Assembly: GCF_964355755.1 (NCBI RefSeq) | Contig: NC_092678.1 | Span: 2,000,422-2,064,421, forward strand | Reading direction: 5' to 3' | Origin: Antedon mediterranea | Taxonomy: Eukaryota > Animalia > Echinodermata | Length of the DNA stretch: 64,000 bases | Shown: positions 62,713-64,000 of the stretch, one piece after another | Numbering within the stretch: the first letter of the stretch is position 1 | Layout of the letters: every line of letters starts with the position of its first letter | Notes under the pieces: generated by a model | What the model saw: the letters and a program-made list of their open reading frames with translations, nothing else | What the model was told of the DNA's origin: nothing | Databases searched by the model: none | Program-made: the position numbers and the translations under genes

Positions 62713-64000
62713 AATTCGTAATAATTTATGGGAACGAATAAATGCTTTTCGTACGATAATTCAGTAATTCGGATAATATGCATACATATGTGGCTATTTT
62801 CATAGGCACATAAATCTTGAAAATATTTACGGTGGCAATGACAATGCATGCATGTCACGGGAATCCACACAGATCATGTGGACAGAATATCACGCCAAGA
62901 TGACCGCACGCTACCGGCGGACTAAGACAAACCACGGAGCTGCTATATAATAGCCATGGTCACCACATATTATGATAATTATTATTAATTAATATTTTTC
63001 CAGCTTTGTTTTCCGAATGAACGGAAAATGAAACTACAGATTATATACCAGATATTAAACTAACAGAATTGTGGAAAGGAGATTAAATTTTGGCAACCTA
63101 GACTAAATGAATACAAAATTACCGTATATTTACAGTATCTTGTCTATATATATATATATCAAACCGCTAGTAGGGCCTACCTAAAAGTTAACAGATATAA
63201 CGTCGGGAGTTAAGTTCAAAATGAATATTAAAGTGAAAGTCGAAATTATTTATTATGCATAAAGGCCTTTTTGCTTGAAGGTTTGCATGGCGAAATAAGG
63301 CCTTACTTACCCAAAATGATGTTCCGTGTTAAAATATTTAGATAACGTTGACAGGTAACGAAGGTATCATAATGTTGATCAATTATTGCCATACTTAAGG
63401 ATCTAATATTATTGAGTAACGTAGCAACAACCATTGAGCGCATTTCAATGAAGTTTAATTATAATATATTTAGCGAGCCCTCTATTGTACCTGTACAAAT
63501 TATCAACTTGCCAATTACACAGTACTAGATTCAACGTTCACATAAAGTAAATTATTGTCGATATACATTTTATATAAGAACAATTAGAGTAGGAGACTAA
63601 CAATATATATTTTTTGATTAGGTAATAATTATTTGATTTTAAGCGGGAAAATTCACGGAAAAGTGGAATCTTTCGCCGCATTGGTAATAATCAGTTTAGT
63701 TTTTGTTTTATTTTTTTGTAGAGGTATTCATTGTCAAAAATAATTACGGATGAGACTGATTATACACAGTAGTTAAGTAAAAACTGTCAGCGTAGGATTA
63801 GAGGGCATAAACAGGAACATTGCAAATAATGGTTGAAATTGTTTAATAAAGAATCTGGTTCGATGATCTTTCCATTTAAAAAAGGCACCGTCCTGGTTTG
63901 CTTTAAAAGGGGATAAATTTAAAAATATATGCGTACTGGTATATCGAACATACGGTGGCGCTGAATACGCAATCAATCAATATGTTTAAATAAATTTAAA

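Overview
AT-rich, intron-containing animal DNA; the repeat landscape suggests a marine invertebrate deuterostome, possibly an echinoderm (inference). Two spliced genes were assembled by hand with phase-consistent GT-AG junctions: a 15-coding-exon, 760-aa TBK1/IKK-epsilon family kinase on the minus strand (50257..23366) and a convergent 6-exon, 255-aa coiled-coil + BEN-domain gene on the plus strand (13462..18810). The rest is mostly repeats: a young Naiad-type Penelope-like retroelement with open RT+GIY-YIG ORF, 14-bp target duplication and 3' hammerhead ribozyme; an older Penelope remnant; Rex1-, L2- and CR1-like LINE fragments; Nin/Deu-core SINEs with two different tails; a 2.9-kb Mutator/foldback-like element; many MITEs; 27-, 30-, 35-, 48- and 64-bp tandem arrays; and a ~1.27-kb tandem duplication in a TBK1 intron. 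Best leads for something undescribed: a ~100-nt Pol III-type panhandle RNA candidate (vault-RNA-like) in that duplication, a perfect 54-bp segment shared between two TBK1 introns, decayed CxxC-x9-H-x4-H zinc-finger exons at the window start, and strong TAGGCCTA enrichment. No novel system is established from sequence alone; no searches were run.
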